From: Acidobacteriota bacterium
GTDB lineage: Bacteria; Acidobacteriota; UBA6911; RPQK01; JADFOI01
Length of the DNA: 64,000 bases
Assembly (NCBI GenBank): GCA_963663035.1
Contig: OY760074.1
Coordinates: 2,368,001-2,432,000, forward strand
Reading direction: 5' to 3'
Shown: positions 1-11,378 of the stretch, piece by piece
How the letters are laid out: the number at the start of each line of letters is the position of its first letter
How positions within the stretch are numbered: the stretch's first letter is position 1
The notes under the pieces: generated by a model
Databases searched by the model: none
The model's input: only the letters and a program-made list of their open reading frames with translations
What the model was told of the DNA's origin: nothing
Position numbers and translations under genes: made by a program

Positions 1-483
1 CTGATCATCAAGGGTGATCGTAGGTGGACCTACGCTGAATTGGCCAAGGAACTATTCATGAGCCCTTCCGAGGTCAATGCCGGCGTTAAACGAGCAATCG
101 AAGCTCGACTGGCCATTTCATCTGAGTCGTTCAATGGTTCCCCTCGCCCGATTAGAAGGGCGTTGGAGGAATTCCTGGTGCACGGGGTTCAATACGCCTT
201 TCCTCCTCATCGGGGCGAACTGACTCGTGGGCTTCCCACGGCTTCTGCTGCCCCTCCTTTGAAGGATTTGCTCTCACCCACTGAAGACCCTCCACCGGTG
301 TGGCCAAGTTCGGAAGAAACCGTCAGGGGATACTCCTTTTCCCCTCTTTACAAATCCGTTCCCAAAGCTGCCAGGCTGGACAACAGACTATACGAATTAC
401 TCGCCTTGGTTGACTCGATTCGTGGTGGCCGAGCCCGAGAGAGGAACATGGCAGTAGAAGAACTAAGAGAGCGACTTGCCTAG
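1..483 (+). CDS. AbiEi-like antitoxin / winged-HTH protein (5'-partial)
   Basis: Frame open from base 1 (LIIKGDRRWTYAELAKELFMSPSEV, HTH-like); C-terminal PLY...LYELLALVDSIRGGRARER; stop abuts the ATG of a nucleotidyltransferase gene. Confidence 0.6.
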   Translation: MIIKGDRRWTYAELAKELFMSPSEVNAGVKRAIEARLAISSESFNGSPRPIRRALEEFLVHGVQYAFPPHRGELTRGLPTASAAPPLKDLLSPTEDPPPVWPSSEETVRGYSFSPLYKSVPKAARLDNRLYELLALVDSIRGGRARERNMAVEELRERLA

Positions 484-1191
484 ATGATGCCAAGAGCGGA
501 GGACCCCAATCTGGCTATCCTCTCGATCGTAGCCGAGCGCTTAGGCCCCCTTCTGCCTAAAGTAGTCTTCTTGGGTGGTTGTGCCGCCGGGTTACTGATC
601 ACCGATGAAGCAGCGGCACCTGTCCGTGCGACTCGTGACGTGGACCTGATCGTCGAAATCCTGTCCCTCACAGATTATCACCATCTCGAAGAATCTTTGC
701 GCCAGCTAGGGTTCCAACCAGTGTCAGGAGAAGAGGCTCTGATATGTCGTTGGGTGGTCGATGGCATTATCACCGATATCATGCCTACACGTGAAGAGAT
801 CCTCGGATTCAGCAATCAATGGTACAGCGATGCGATCAGAAGCGCTCGCAGGATCCGTCTTTCTAACGACGTCGTCATACGAGCCGTTAGCGGGCCCTAT
901 TTTGTGGCCACGAAGCTTGAAGCGTTTAATGGACGTGGAGGCGGTGACTATCGAGCTAGCCATGACCTTGAAGACATTATCACCGTGGTCGATGGACGCG
1001 TTGAACTTCTTGAAGAGATTCAAGAAGCAGAAGAGGCACTGCGCATTTTTCTTGCCAAGAACTTCAGCCAGTTATTGGAATCATCAGACTTTCGGGAATC
1101 GATTGCTGGACATCTTGCTCCAGATCCAGCAAGCCAGGCTCGGCTCCCCACAGTCACCATTCGGCTTGAGCAAATCACCCAACTAGGATGA
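484..1191 (+). CDS. AbiEii/MenT-like nucleotidyltransferase (putative toxin)
   Basis: Pol-beta NTase motifs VFLGG...RATRDVD and C-terminal KLEAFNGR...HDLEDI; translationally coupled to upstream gene. Confidence 0.7.
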   Translation: MMPRAEDPNLAILSIVAERLGPLLPKVVFLGGCAAGLLITDEAAAPVRATRDVDLIVEILSLTDYHHLEESLRQLGFQPVSGEEALICRWVVDGIITDIMPTREEILGFSNQWYSDAIRSARRIRLSNDVVIRAVSGPYFVATKLEAFNGRGGGDYRASHDLEDIITVVDGRVELLEEIQEAEEALRIFLAKNFSQLLESSDFRESIAGHLAPDPASQARLPTVTIRLEQITQLG

Positions 1192-1434
1192 GGGTTTGCA
1201 GATAGGGTGCTCCTTCAGGGAAGTGTTGTTGATCGTCTTCTACAGCCCCGAAATAGATGATTCTGCCTGGATTTCCTCCGCTTTTTCCGTTATCAAACAT
1301 GTATGAAGCGGAGCAATAACTTCTCACGCGACTGTCCAACTCCGATTGCCCGTTGACTGAACAGGGCTCGACAACAGTTGCCTGAAGCAGGACCGATGGG
1401 ACACTCCAATTCACAATTCGCGCCCGAAGACCGC

Positions 1435-2840
1435 TGTCCCCCCGAAAAACTCCATTCCAACCGGTTAGGAAGCACAAGGCGCAGGCTCAGGTTGCAAATT
1501 TGAATGATCTTCCTCGACGAGCACTACGAACCACGATGAGAATCAGTGGACAGGCGTTTGCTTTGCGGCTGAAGAAGCCCCCCAGGCAGACCTTGCCTGT
1601 GTCGGACAGATGTTGAGGGAATGAGTCGGTTGTGACCTGAGTCTTACGCTGCCACCCGTTCGTAGCGATGGTGAAGCCCACCGCAGATCGGAATCGAGAT
1701 CAGCTTGAGTGGCCCAGCAGCTACACTCGGCTTCTTAGTGGGAACGGGTGTGCCACCGTCCAGTCCCTGATGTGGCCGGGCGGAATGGTAGTACTGCTCA
1801 ATGTATTCCCTGAGTAAACGGTTCAGGTGCCTTTCACTGAGCACGATGACATGATCGAGCAGTTCCCTGCGGAGCGTGCCGACAAACCTTTCTATATAAG
1901 GATTCTGCCAAGGACTCCTGTACGCCGTTCGCATCTCTTCAATCTTACAGCTGCCCAGGAACTTCCGTACTCCGTGGCCGTAGATGCCGTCATTGTCACG
2001 GAACAAATATCTGGGCTGACGACCGAAGGGCGTAGCTTCTCGAAGCTGTTGAATAACCCATGCCATGGAAGGCTGATACGTCGTCGAGAAATGCATCACC
2101 CTCCTTCGACCATGTTCAAAGACGACAAAAACGTAGAGAAATGAGAAGCCAACCGTGATCACGGTAAAGAAGTCCATCGCCCAGGAGACATCCAGATGGT
2201 TGCGCAGGAAAGGCAGCCAGTTCGTTGGTTTGTCAGGCTGATTCTTCGGCTGGCCCATGTAGTTGCGGATGGTGTCGTCACAAGGAGGATCGCAGCCGAG
2301 AAGCCGCAAGGTGTCCTGGATTCGTTCGGCACTCCATACAGGATTCTCTCGGCTCAGCCGGCGAATCAGATCCCGCATCTCCTTTGGCACTGGAGGCCGG
2401 CCAGGCTGTCTCCTCGACTTCCTGCACCAGTAGAGACGGAAGGCTGTGGTTTGCCAGCGCTTGACCGTGGCGGGCTGCATCAGATGTAACACTTGATGCC
2501 ATTCATCCCAGGCCTTGGACAGCAACACCCAAAGCAGTCTGAAAGCCTGGGTGAATCTGGGCCTCGGTAGATCCTTCCCCTCGATCCGACGCTTGCACGC
2601 GGCCAACTGACTTTCTGCCGCCAAGACTCGTGCCGCCAAAGTTGCCCTTGAGCTGAAGAGAGCCGATAGAAAAGTATAGATGTATCCGGCAGCTTGCTTG
2701 AGGTCAGAAATCGTCTCGAGGATGATCTGGAACAGGCAACGAATCTCTCTCATGGCCCCAGAATACGAGGCCGTGAGCTCAGACTCAAGAACTCCATAAG
2801 TCGTTGCTGTACAAGGCGGACGATATTTTTAGGGGGGACA
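1435..2840 (-). mobile_element. IS481-like (rve integrase-core) insertion sequence
   Basis: Terminal IRs TGTCCCCCCGAAAAA (1435) and TGTCCCCCCTAAAAA (revcomp ending 2840) flank a DDE ORF; no 5-6 bp direct target repeat. Confidence 0.75.
1644..2753 (-). CDS. DDE transposase, integrase core domain
   Basis: WAMDFF, RDNDGIY, SPWQNPYIERFVGTLRRELLD, RPHQGL, GGLHHRY motifs. Confidence 0.9.
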   Translation of the reverse strand: MREIRCLFQIILETISDLKQAAGYIYTFLSALFSSRATLAARVLAAESQLAACKRRIEGKDLPRPRFTQAFRLLWVLLSKAWDEWHQVLHLMQPATVKRWQTTAFRLYWCRKSRRQPGRPPVPKEMRDLIRRLSRENPVWSAERIQDTLRLLGCDPPCDDTIRNYMGQPKNQPDKPTNWLPFLRNHLDVSWAMDFFTVITVGFSFLYVFVVFEHGRRRVMHFSTTYQPSMAWVIQQLREATPFGRQPRYLFRDNDGIYGHGVRKFLGSCKIEEMRTAYRSPWQNPYIERFVGTLRRELLDHVIVLSERHLNRLLREYIEQYYHSARPHQGLDGGTPVPTKKPSVAAGPLKLISIPICGGLHHRYERVAA

Positions 2841-3167
2841 GCGTTCAACAGGTCTCAGCTTCTCTCTGACCTGCTCTGTCGATTCCTCGAATTTCACGCC
2901 AAAGGAGCAGATCCCCCCTTCTTCGATGACCTCGCAGCGGGTGTGAATGACTCTTGACCTTATTCTGCCTTTCAACCGGAGTTGTCGCCCCTCGGCTTGA
3001 AATATCAGAGTGACTAGAGTGCCCTCTGGAGGAGCGCCACCCGCCTGGGTAACCAATGCTCCACCTAGCGAGATGTTGCGGGTTTTGCCTATAATTGTCT
3101 CATCTTTTGATTCCACTGTGCAGGGGATAGAAACCGGCCAACGTTTAAACTTTCTCCGATCTTTCAT
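2829..3167 (-). CDS. PilZ-domain (c-di-GMP-binding) protein, 3' end altered by IS
   Basis: RRKFKR and NISLGG PilZ motifs, strong SD (GGAGGAGG); last codons CPP* come from the IS end at 2829-2840. Confidence 0.8.
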   Translation of the reverse strand: MKDRRKFKRWPVSIPCTVESKDETIIGKTRNISLGGALVTQAGGAPPEGTLVTLIFQAEGRQLRLKGRIRSRVIHTRCEVIEEGGICSFGVKFEESTEQVREKLRPVERCPP

Positions 3168-3310
3168 TCCTCCTCCACTGAGCTAGAAAGCCGACAAGCC
3201 GAATCTGATTCCGCTCCTCCTATTGGAGGAATTGCACCCGACTAGGTTTTGACTTTTTGATGGCTACAAGGACTTTGATGAACGCACTATCCCCTGCATG
3301 GATGCAAGGT

Positions 3311-4690
3311 GAGGTTCCGTCAATAAGTGTGTAAATAGACATCAGGCGGCTTTCTCCTGGGTGACTGGGTTGACTGGAACTCCATTGACATATTGGGCTC
3401 CTTGGTAGACATCCTTCATCAAGTGGGGAGCCTTCAAACGGCGAAATCTCTTCTCAGCGACCAGCAGCATCTTCCAGATGACAGCCCGTGCGTTGGCCAC
3501 TTTCTTGAACCTTCGAGCAGCATCGGTTCGCAGTCGCAGAGCAGAGAAGGGAGACTCCACTGGGTTGGTAGTCCGCAGATGTTGCCACTGCTGTTTGGGA
3601 TAGTTGTAAAACGTCACCATCCGCTCCCAGTCCTGGTCGATCAGATCAGCCGCTGCCTCCAGGCCTCTCTTGCTACACCAATGTTGGAATCGTCCTTTGA
3701 CTCGCTCGGCTTCCTGCCGTGTTTCTGCATAAGGGATCTGCCGCAACATCAACAAGGCCGCTTTGTGCCGACTCTTGGGGATCTTGGCCAGCAAGTTGAC
3801 GATGCGATGATTCCAGCATCTCTGCTCGTCGGCTTCTGGGAACACGTTGCGCAACGCTCCCCAGATCCCCAGATGCCCGTCAGCGATCACCAGACGGGGT
3901 GGGTTCATCCCCCGCTCTTTGAGATCCCGCAGCACTTCGGACCAGCTCTGGGTCGATTCTCGATAACCACTACTGACGGACACCACCACTTTAGTGCCAT
4001 CACTTAAAGCGGCGATCACTACCAGAATCACGGCCTTCTCCTTCTCCAGCCCTGCTTTGATGTACACGCCGTCCGCCCACAAATACACGACTTCCAGATC
4101 ATCCAGCCGACGGCTCTGCCAGGCCTCCATTTCTCCCTGCCACTTCTGTTTCAACCGGGCTACGGTGCTGGGGGACAGCGGCGCTTCTTCCCCTAAAAGC
4201 CCTCTCAAGGCCAGATCGAAATCCCCCTCGGCCAGACCATGTAAATAGAGTTCTGGAATCAAGTCTCGTACCTCTCGCGTTCGCTTGGCAAACAGCGGCA
4301 AGACCCGGCTCTCAAAACGCTCTTCCAGATCCCGCACTCGGGGACGCCGCAGCTTGATCGTTCCGCAACTCATCGTCAGTCGCCGCTCCTTGCCGTAGCC
4401 GTTGCGATAGCCACCGGAGGCGTCCACTTCTCGGCGACGCTCATTCTTTCTTCGTCCCAGCAGCTGTGTCACTTCATCCTCCAGCAGTTCCTGTACGTAA
4501 AACTGGATCTGCTCTCGCACCCACTCTTCCAGCTGTTCAAAGCAGACTCTTGACTCCACACTGTGATCAATGTTCTTCTTGCTCATGGCGGTGTGACTCC
4601 TTCCTTTCGGGCTCTTCCGCCCGGGTTTTTATTTTCACCCGGAAGGATAATCACCGCCTGTGCTATTTACACACCTTTTGAGGGTAGCTC
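3311..4690 (-). mobile_element. IS256-family insertion sequence
   Basis: Imperfect IRs GAGGTTCCGTCAATAAGTGTGTAAATAG / GAGCTACCCTCAAAAGGTGTGTAAATAG; perfect 8-bp TSD TGCAAGGT at 3303-3310 and 4691-4698. Confidence 0.95.
3342..4586 (-). CDS. IS256-family (Mutator) transposase
   Basis: YRNGY, YLWADG, IADGHLG, QRCWNH, RTTNPVES motifs. Confidence 0.95.
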   Translation of the reverse strand: MSKKNIDHSVESRVCFEQLEEWVREQIQFYVQELLEDEVTQLLGRRKNERRREVDASGGYRNGYGKERRLTMSCGTIKLRRPRVRDLEERFESRVLPLFAKRTREVRDLIPELYLHGLAEGDFDLALRGLLGEEAPLSPSTVARLKQKWQGEMEAWQSRRLDDLEVVYLWADGVYIKAGLEKEKAVILVVIAALSDGTKVVVSVSSGYRESTQSWSEVLRDLKERGMNPPRLVIADGHLGIWGALRNVFPEADEQRCWNHRIVNLLAKIPKSRHKAALLMLRQIPYAETRQEAERVKGRFQHWCSKRGLEAAADLIDQDWERMVTFYNYPKQQWQHLRTTNPVESPFSALRLRTDAARRFKKVANARAVIWKMLLVAEKRFRRLKAPHLMKDVYQGAQYVNGVPVNPVTQEKAA

Positions 4691-5010
4691 TGCAAGGTAG
4701 AGAATTCTCTTGGGAGAAGTCCAAAGTAGGGATCAGTGGCTGCAATAAATAGACTAGCAGCCAAGATAGGGTTTCGACTAGTATACGGCCAGCCATTTCA
4801 ACCTCCTTATTAGGTTGGCATGGTCAGCGCCTGGCGGCTGTCTCTGGCGGTCGTCAGGCGTGCACCCCTACAAAAAGGTGTCCTCAGTCTTACAGAATGA
4901 TAGTCAGTCGTCCAAAAGCTTTGGTATTTCCGAACAGAATGCTAGCGTTTAACAACCCTGCGAAGTCTAGGGATGCCAATCACGGAGTACGGAAGCGAGA
5001 TAGAAAAGAT

Positions 5011-5086
5011 TGGTGGAGGTAACCGGACTTGAACCGGTGACCCCCTGCTTGCAAAGCAGGTGCTCTTCCAACTGAGCTATACCCCC
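5011..5086 (-). tRNA. tRNA-Ala (TGC)
   Basis: GGGGGTATAGCTCAG...TTGCAA...GGTTCAAGTCC...CTCCACCA cloverleaf, CCA encoded. Confidence 0.97.
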
Positions 5087-5190
5087 ACACTGTCAGAAGA
5101 AAGAAAGTGAGAAAAGAGGAAGAAAAGAACGAAAAAGCTTGAGACCGCAAAAGGATGATCCACTTTCTCGCCCGCGAACACCAACTCGTT

Positions 5191-5214
5191 CCGTGTTCTT
5201 GAACAACCAGACAG
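5191..5214 (-). other. 3' arm of the 16S processing (RNase III) stem
   Basis: Near-perfect inverted complement of leader segment 6855-6878 (CCGTGTTCTTTGACAACCAGACAG, includes boxA-like GTTCTTTGACAA). Confidence 0.75.
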
Positions 5215-5270
5215 TTAAGCCCTTTGGGCAAATTACCCAGATGAGATCTGCATAATCTGCCATTCTTCCG

Positions 5271-6821
<1,551 letters not shown>

Positions 6822-6913
6822 TTCTCTCTAACTCAAATTATCTGACGTGGCTTTCTGTCTGGTTGTCAAAGAACACGGCTTTCTGCTGTTCACTCCAGCT
6901 TCGGCCACCTCGG

Positions 6914-6942
6914 ATCATACCGAAATACCGAGACTCTTGCAA
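6914..6942 (-). promoter_or_regulatory. sigma70-type rRNA promoter
   Basis: TTGCAA-17 bp-TATGAT about 90 bp upstream of the mature 16S 5' end. Confidence 0.75.
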
Positions 6943-6954
6943 GCAATTGTCCCC

Positions 6955-8937
6955 CTACCCAATCAGGCTCTCTGGCCTGGAGTAGGCTTCCCTGACATAC
7001 TTTTCAGCTTCAGCCTGGGCTCCATTGTAGTCAATCTTGGTATTGATCGCCTTCTGGTACTCGGCAAGAGCGCGCTGCCTTTGACCCAGAGTGTCATAGA
7101 TCTTTCCCAAATAGATGTGGATCCAGGTTTCAACCCAGGGGGGCTGGCGATCTCCATTGAGGGCATCTCGAAAACTGTTGGCCGCGGTAGACAGATTTTG
7201 CTGCTCGAAAAAGACTTCGCCCAAACGAAAGTGAGCGATTGAGCTTCTGGGACTGAGTTGTGTTGCTTTTTCATATTCACGAATCGCGGTAATGAACTCG
7301 TTGACCGCTTGATATTCCTCTCCCAAAGCAACGTGAACCGCAACTCGCATCTGTTCGGAGTCATGTAGAATCTTTCCAGAAGGATCAAGCTCCATCCGAA
7401 TGGGCATCGTCTCGGTGTCGAAATTAAAGGAAGTGATCTGCCCACTGACGTTCAGCCGCTTTTCCTCAGGCTGACCCTTGGTCTCGATACGGATATCCAA
7501 GGGCATGCGGAAGAGCTCGAGATTCTGTCTGATCTGACCTCGAATTCTGAAATCCCCATCCCGCAGTTTGTAGATGGTGTACTCAATTCGGAACTCGGGG
7601 ACCCCGATAGATTCCACCCACTGCACAAAAAACCAGCGGTAGTCCTCTCCTGTTCGCTCCTGTACGAACTCAGCCAGCTCACGGATGTTTGCTGTCTGAT
7701 GAGCTTTTCCGCGGTACCAATCACCCAGCAGCCCATTCAGCTGATCCTTGCCCACCAGCTGAGAAAGCATGTACAAAACCCAGGCGCCTTTGCTGCCAAC
7801 AATGGAGTTGTACTGGGGTGATCCCGCCTGAAGGTCCAATCCCCTGCTAATGGGGGCCTGGCTTTCGTATTTCAGAGCAGCAACCGCCTCACGGGCCAAT
7901 TCGATCGAGAACTGATCTGGATGTTTGACTTCGAAATACCGCAGCGCCGCATAGGTCGCAAAACCATCCCGCAGCCAGGCGTCCGAAGACCTTTCAAAGC
8001 GCACCGAGTACCCCCACCATTGGCGAGCCACCCGTTTGGCCAATTCCATGACGGGCAACGAACGGCTCTCCAAAACGGTTGAGTCGAGCAGAATCAAACC
8101 CGGTCCTCCAGTAGAGGGAAGCTGAACATTGGAAACTTGAACGAAATTGACGCCTGTCTCCGGAAACGGGCCATACTCGCTCTCGAAAAACTCCAGCATC
8201 TGAGCGACTTCATCTGCATAGGGGCGAAGGTCTCCTTCGAACTCTTCGGTCACGTAAAAGGTCAGGGGAATCGTAGAGTCCTCGAATTTTTGTCGAAAGA
8301 ATCGGGCCACCACCACCGGCATCTGGGTGAGCGGCTGCTGGCTTTCCCAGGTAAAGACTTCGCTCACCCCCACCGTGTCGATCGATCCCAAGGTGCCGGG
8401 ACCAACCACCGTAAAACCCAAAGGAACGGTGATCTTGATGGTGGCACTGGCCGCATCCAGGGGAAGCGCATGGGATGGGAACCAGTTCCCTTCACTCAAC
8501 AGCAGGGCTCCTTTGGGATCGATGACGGCAGGCTCCGTTCCAGGAGTGTCCAGAAAGGCGTATATCTCTGTGTCCAGGTTCCCCTCGAAACGAAAGATGA
8601 GGGTCGTCTCCGTTTCCTTTTGAAAGGATCCGGACCCACGAATCCGCAACCGGCTGCTTTCGAAACCATCGAAACTCATGGAGTAACGGGCATTTTCCTG
8701 GTCAGTGACTTCCAGAAGACTCAGGCGAGGATTCAGCTCAAAGGGCAGGCTGACACTGTCCTCCAGGAGAATAAATCGAATCTTGACCTCACCCCTGAGA
8801 AAACCTTCCTCCGGCAACACCTCGGCGCTAATCTCATAATGTTGAACATCCAAGATCTGTTGTGAGGCTGTTCCCTGTTGAGCAAGGATCGGGGTGACCA
8901 GCACGAGTAGAGAGAAAATCGAAACGAGGTTTTTCAT
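6955..8937 (-). CDS. Secreted M1-aminopeptidase-like protein with C-terminal TPRs, catalytic motif degenerate
   Basis: Signal peptide; M1-like [28 protein letters not shown]; TPR repeats at the C-terminus. Confidence 0.85.
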   Translation of the reverse strand: MKNLVSIFSLLVLVTPILAQQGTASQQILDVQHYEISAEVLPEEGFLRGEVKIRFILLEDSVSLPFELNPRLSLLEVTDQENARYSMSFDGFESSRLRIRGSGSFQKETETTLIFRFEGNLDTEIYAFLDTPGTEPAVIDPKGALLLSEGNWFPSHALPLDAASATIKITVPLGFTVVGPGTLGSIDTVGVSEVFTWESQQPLTQMPVVVARFFRQKFEDSTIPLTFYVTEEFEGDLRPYADEVAQMLEFFESEYGPFPETGVNFVQVSNVQLPSTGGPGLILLDSTVLESRSLPVMELAKRVARQWWGYSVRFERSSDAWLRDGFATYAALRYFEVKHPDQFSIELAREAVAALKYESQAPISRGLDLQAGSPQYNSIVGSKGAWVLYMLSQLVGKDQLNGLLGDWYRGKAHQTANIRELAEFVQERTGEDYRWFFVQWVESIGVPEFRIEYTIYKLRDGDFRIRGQIRQNLELFRMPLDIRIETKGQPEEKRLNVSGQITSFNFDTETMPIRMELDPSGKILHDSEQMRVAVHVALGEEYQAVNEFITAIREYEKATQLSPRSSIAHFRLGEVFFEQQNLSTAANSFRDALNGDRQPPWVETWIHIYLGKIYDTLGQRQRALAEYQKAINTKIDYNGAQAEAEKYVREAYSRPESLIG

Positions 8938-8958
8938 CGCGCTCTTCTCCTGAAAGAA

Positions 8959-10128
8959 TCATTCCTTGGAAAGGAACTGGCTAATGTATTTCGCGCTCTC
9001 TTGATAAGCATCCCGCTGTCCCAATCTTTCCGAGGCAATCTGCAGATCCCTGATCACTTCTTCCCGCCGGCTTTGGTCCTTCAATAACTCGAGGACATAT
9101 CTCCCCATATTAACCCCTGTCGCCTGATCCTGCACGAACTCGGGAACGATCTTTTTGCCCGCGATGAGATTAGCCAGGCAATAAGTCTTTGTCTCCACCA
9201 ATGGGCGAGTCAGGTACCAGCTGGGCCAAGACAATTTATAGACCATGGCGAACGGAACATGGAGAATCGTCGCTTCCAAAGTCGAGGTGCCACTTTTCAC
9301 GATAGCACAAGTCACCTGGGAAAGCAGTCGAGGTGCTTCTTCTTGTCGGATCTCAAGCTGAAGACGTGGGTGACCCCGGCCGAGCCAGGCTTCATAGACA
9401 GCCTGAAGCTGGCTTCGCGCAATTCCGGGAGCCTTGATCACCCAAAACCGGGCTGGACTACGCTCAGCTACGTAGAGAGCCGCATCCAGTTGAATCGGAA
9501 AAATCTGCTCAACCTCTCTCTTTCTGCTCCCGGGTAACAGAGCAACCACCGGCTCATCCGAGGAGACTGTACCTCCATGAGCTCCTTTGTCACTCTGACT
9601 GAGGAACTCTCGCAAGGCAATGGAAGGATTTCCCACGTAATGCGCCTCAATGCCTCGACTCCGATAGAACTCCTCCTCGAAGGGAAAAATCACCAGCATC
9701 AAATCGACATAGCGTTTGATCTGCTTGATTCGGCGGGGACGCCAGGCCCAGACTTGAGGACCGACAAAGTAGCAGATGGGAACCTGCATCTGTTTGAGTC
9801 GTCTGGCCAGCGTGAGATTGAACTCTGGGAAATCTACCAAGAGGGCAAGCCGAGGTCGACGCTTGCGGGTTTGGGCTAAGATTCGACGGTACAACTTCCA
9901 GTAGTGACCCATCTGGGCCAATGCTTCCCAGGGTCCGATAGCAGCCAGTTGAGAGACGTCCGTGAGCAGGTCAACTCCAGCAGCAGCCATGCGAGAACCC
10001 CCGCTGCCAAACCATTGGAAACTCCACTGGGGGTTGTGAAGTTCAATTTGCTTGAGGAGACCGGCGGCATGACTTTCCCCAGAGGTTTCACCCGTGACGA
10101 CGAGAATGGAAAGGCTTTCAGAAGGCAC
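8959..10128 (-). CDS. lpxB: Lipid-A-disaccharide synthase
   Basis: [36 protein letters not shown] motifs; GTG start at 10128 inferred. Confidence 0.93.
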   Translation of the reverse strand: MPSESLSILVVTGETSGESHAAGLLKQIELHNPQWSFQWFGSGGSRMAAAGVDLLTDVSQLAAIGPWEALAQMGHYWKLYRRILAQTRKRRPRLALLVDFPEFNLTLARRLKQMQVPICYFVGPQVWAWRPRRIKQIKRYVDLMLVIFPFEEEFYRSRGIEAHYVGNPSIALREFLSQSDKGAHGGTVSSDEPVVALLPGSRKREVEQIFPIQLDAALYVAERSPARFWVIKAPGIARSQLQAVYEAWLGRGHPRLQLEIRQEEAPRLLSQVTCAIVKSGTSTLEATILHVPFAMVYKLSWPSWYLTRPLVETKTYCLANLIAGKKIVPEFVQDQATGVNMGRYVLELLKDQSRREEVIRDLQIASERLGQRDAYQESAKYISQFLSKE

Positions 10129-10141
10129 TGGCGCCTCGCTT

Positions 10142-11284
10142 CTAAAGTCTCTGGCTGATCCAGCCGCCACCCAGAACACGCTCCCCCTGGTAAAAAACCA
10201 CAGCTTGCCCGGGTGTCACTGCCATTTGGGGAGTCTCGAAAATAACCTTGGCTCGGCGACCACTCTCGGCCTGATGGTTCTTCTTTTCAGAGACAATTGA
10301 AGCTGAAACTTGCTGATGATGGGACCGAATCCGGACTTCCGCCTCCACTGCTCCCTCCGGAAAACGACCCGAGATCCAGTTGACTCGATCGGCGATCAGT
10401 CCCTGACTGTATAGATCTTCCTTGTATCCCACAATCACCGCATTTCGATGAACATCCAGTCGCAGGACGTAAAGGGGCCGGGAGTGGGCAATTCCCAAAC
10501 CGCGACGCTGTCCCACCGTAAACCGATAGATTCCCGAATGAGACCCCAAACGCTGACCGTCCTTAAAGAGAATGGGGCCAGTCCGATCCGATTGTTCGAG
10601 AAGGGGGACCAGCTCCTTTTTCACCTCTTCCGCATGACGCTGTATGAAGCTGCTGTAATCCCCATCTGGAATGAAACAGATCTCCTGGCTGTCCCGCTTG
10701 CCCGCCGTCAACAAGCCGTTGGAGCTGGCAAGTTCACGAATACTCGACTTTTCGTACTCACCCACGGGGAACTGAATGTGGGACAGCTGCTCCTGTGTGA
10801 GCTCGAATAGATAATAGGACTGATCTTTGCTCAAACACTCGCCCTGGAGGAGCTGATATCCCTCGTCGACGGTGTAGCGAATGCGGGCATAGTGGCCGGT
10901 GGCGACTCGATCGATGCCAATCTTCCGCGCGAAAACCAGGAGCTTGTCGAACTTCAAAAATGTATTGCACAGAGTGCAGGGGATCGGTGTCCTCCCAGTC
11001 AGATAGTCACGGATGAACGGCTCCACGACCCTTTGTTCGAATTCCTGCTGCAAATTCAGAACATAGAACGGAAAGCCCAGCTGCTCAGCGACGCGGCGGG
11101 CATCAGAGACATCTTCCAAAGAACAGCACCTCCCAGGCTGAGGCTCCTCACTCTGGGTAGGATTGCGGCGGTGATCCCAAAGCTGCATGGTACAACCCAC
11201 GACTTCATAGCCCTCATCTTTCAACAGCAGGGCTGCTGTTGAGCTGTCCACACCGCCACTCATGGCCAGTAAAATACGGTTCAT
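10142..11284 (-). CDS. mnmA: tRNA 2-thiouridylase
   Basis: [45 protein letters not shown]. Confidence 0.96.
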   Translation of the reverse strand: MNRILLAMSGGVDSSTAALLLKDEGYEVVGCTMQLWDHRRNPTQSEEPQPGRCCSLEDVSDARRVAEQLGFPFYVLNLQQEFEQRVVEPFIRDYLTGRTPIPCTLCNTFLKFDKLLVFARKIGIDRVATGHYARIRYTVDEGYQLLQGECLSKDQSYYLFELTQEQLSHIQFPVGEYEKSSIRELASSNGLLTAGKRDSQEICFIPDGDYSSFIQRHAEEVKKELVPLLEQSDRTGPILFKDGQRLGSHSGIYRFTVGQRRGLGIAHSRPLYVLRLDVHRNAVIVGYKEDLYSQGLIADRVNWISGRFPEGAVEAEVRIRSHHQQVSASIVSEKKNHQAESGRRAKVIFETPQMAVTPGQAVVFYQGERVLGGGWISQRL

Positions 11285-11348
11285 AGTGCTGGTCAGTATA
11301 GCATGGGGAAGACTCGCTCACTGTCGTTCATTGAGCTTCCTTCTGGGA

Positions 11349-11376
11349 GGGCCCGTGGGCTAAAGCCCACGGCTCT
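11349..11376. repeat. REP-like palindrome
   Basis: CCGTGGGC-TAAA-GCCCACGG hairpin; 27/28 identical to revcomp of 48775-48802. Confidence 0.7.
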
Positions 11377-11378
11377 GA

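Larger units (their letters stand above)
3220..4796 (-). pseudogene. Small (62 aa) ORF interrupted by IS256
   Basis: TAAGGAGG SD then ATG at 4796; removing the IS and one target copy restores an open frame to TAG at 3220. Confidence 0.4.
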
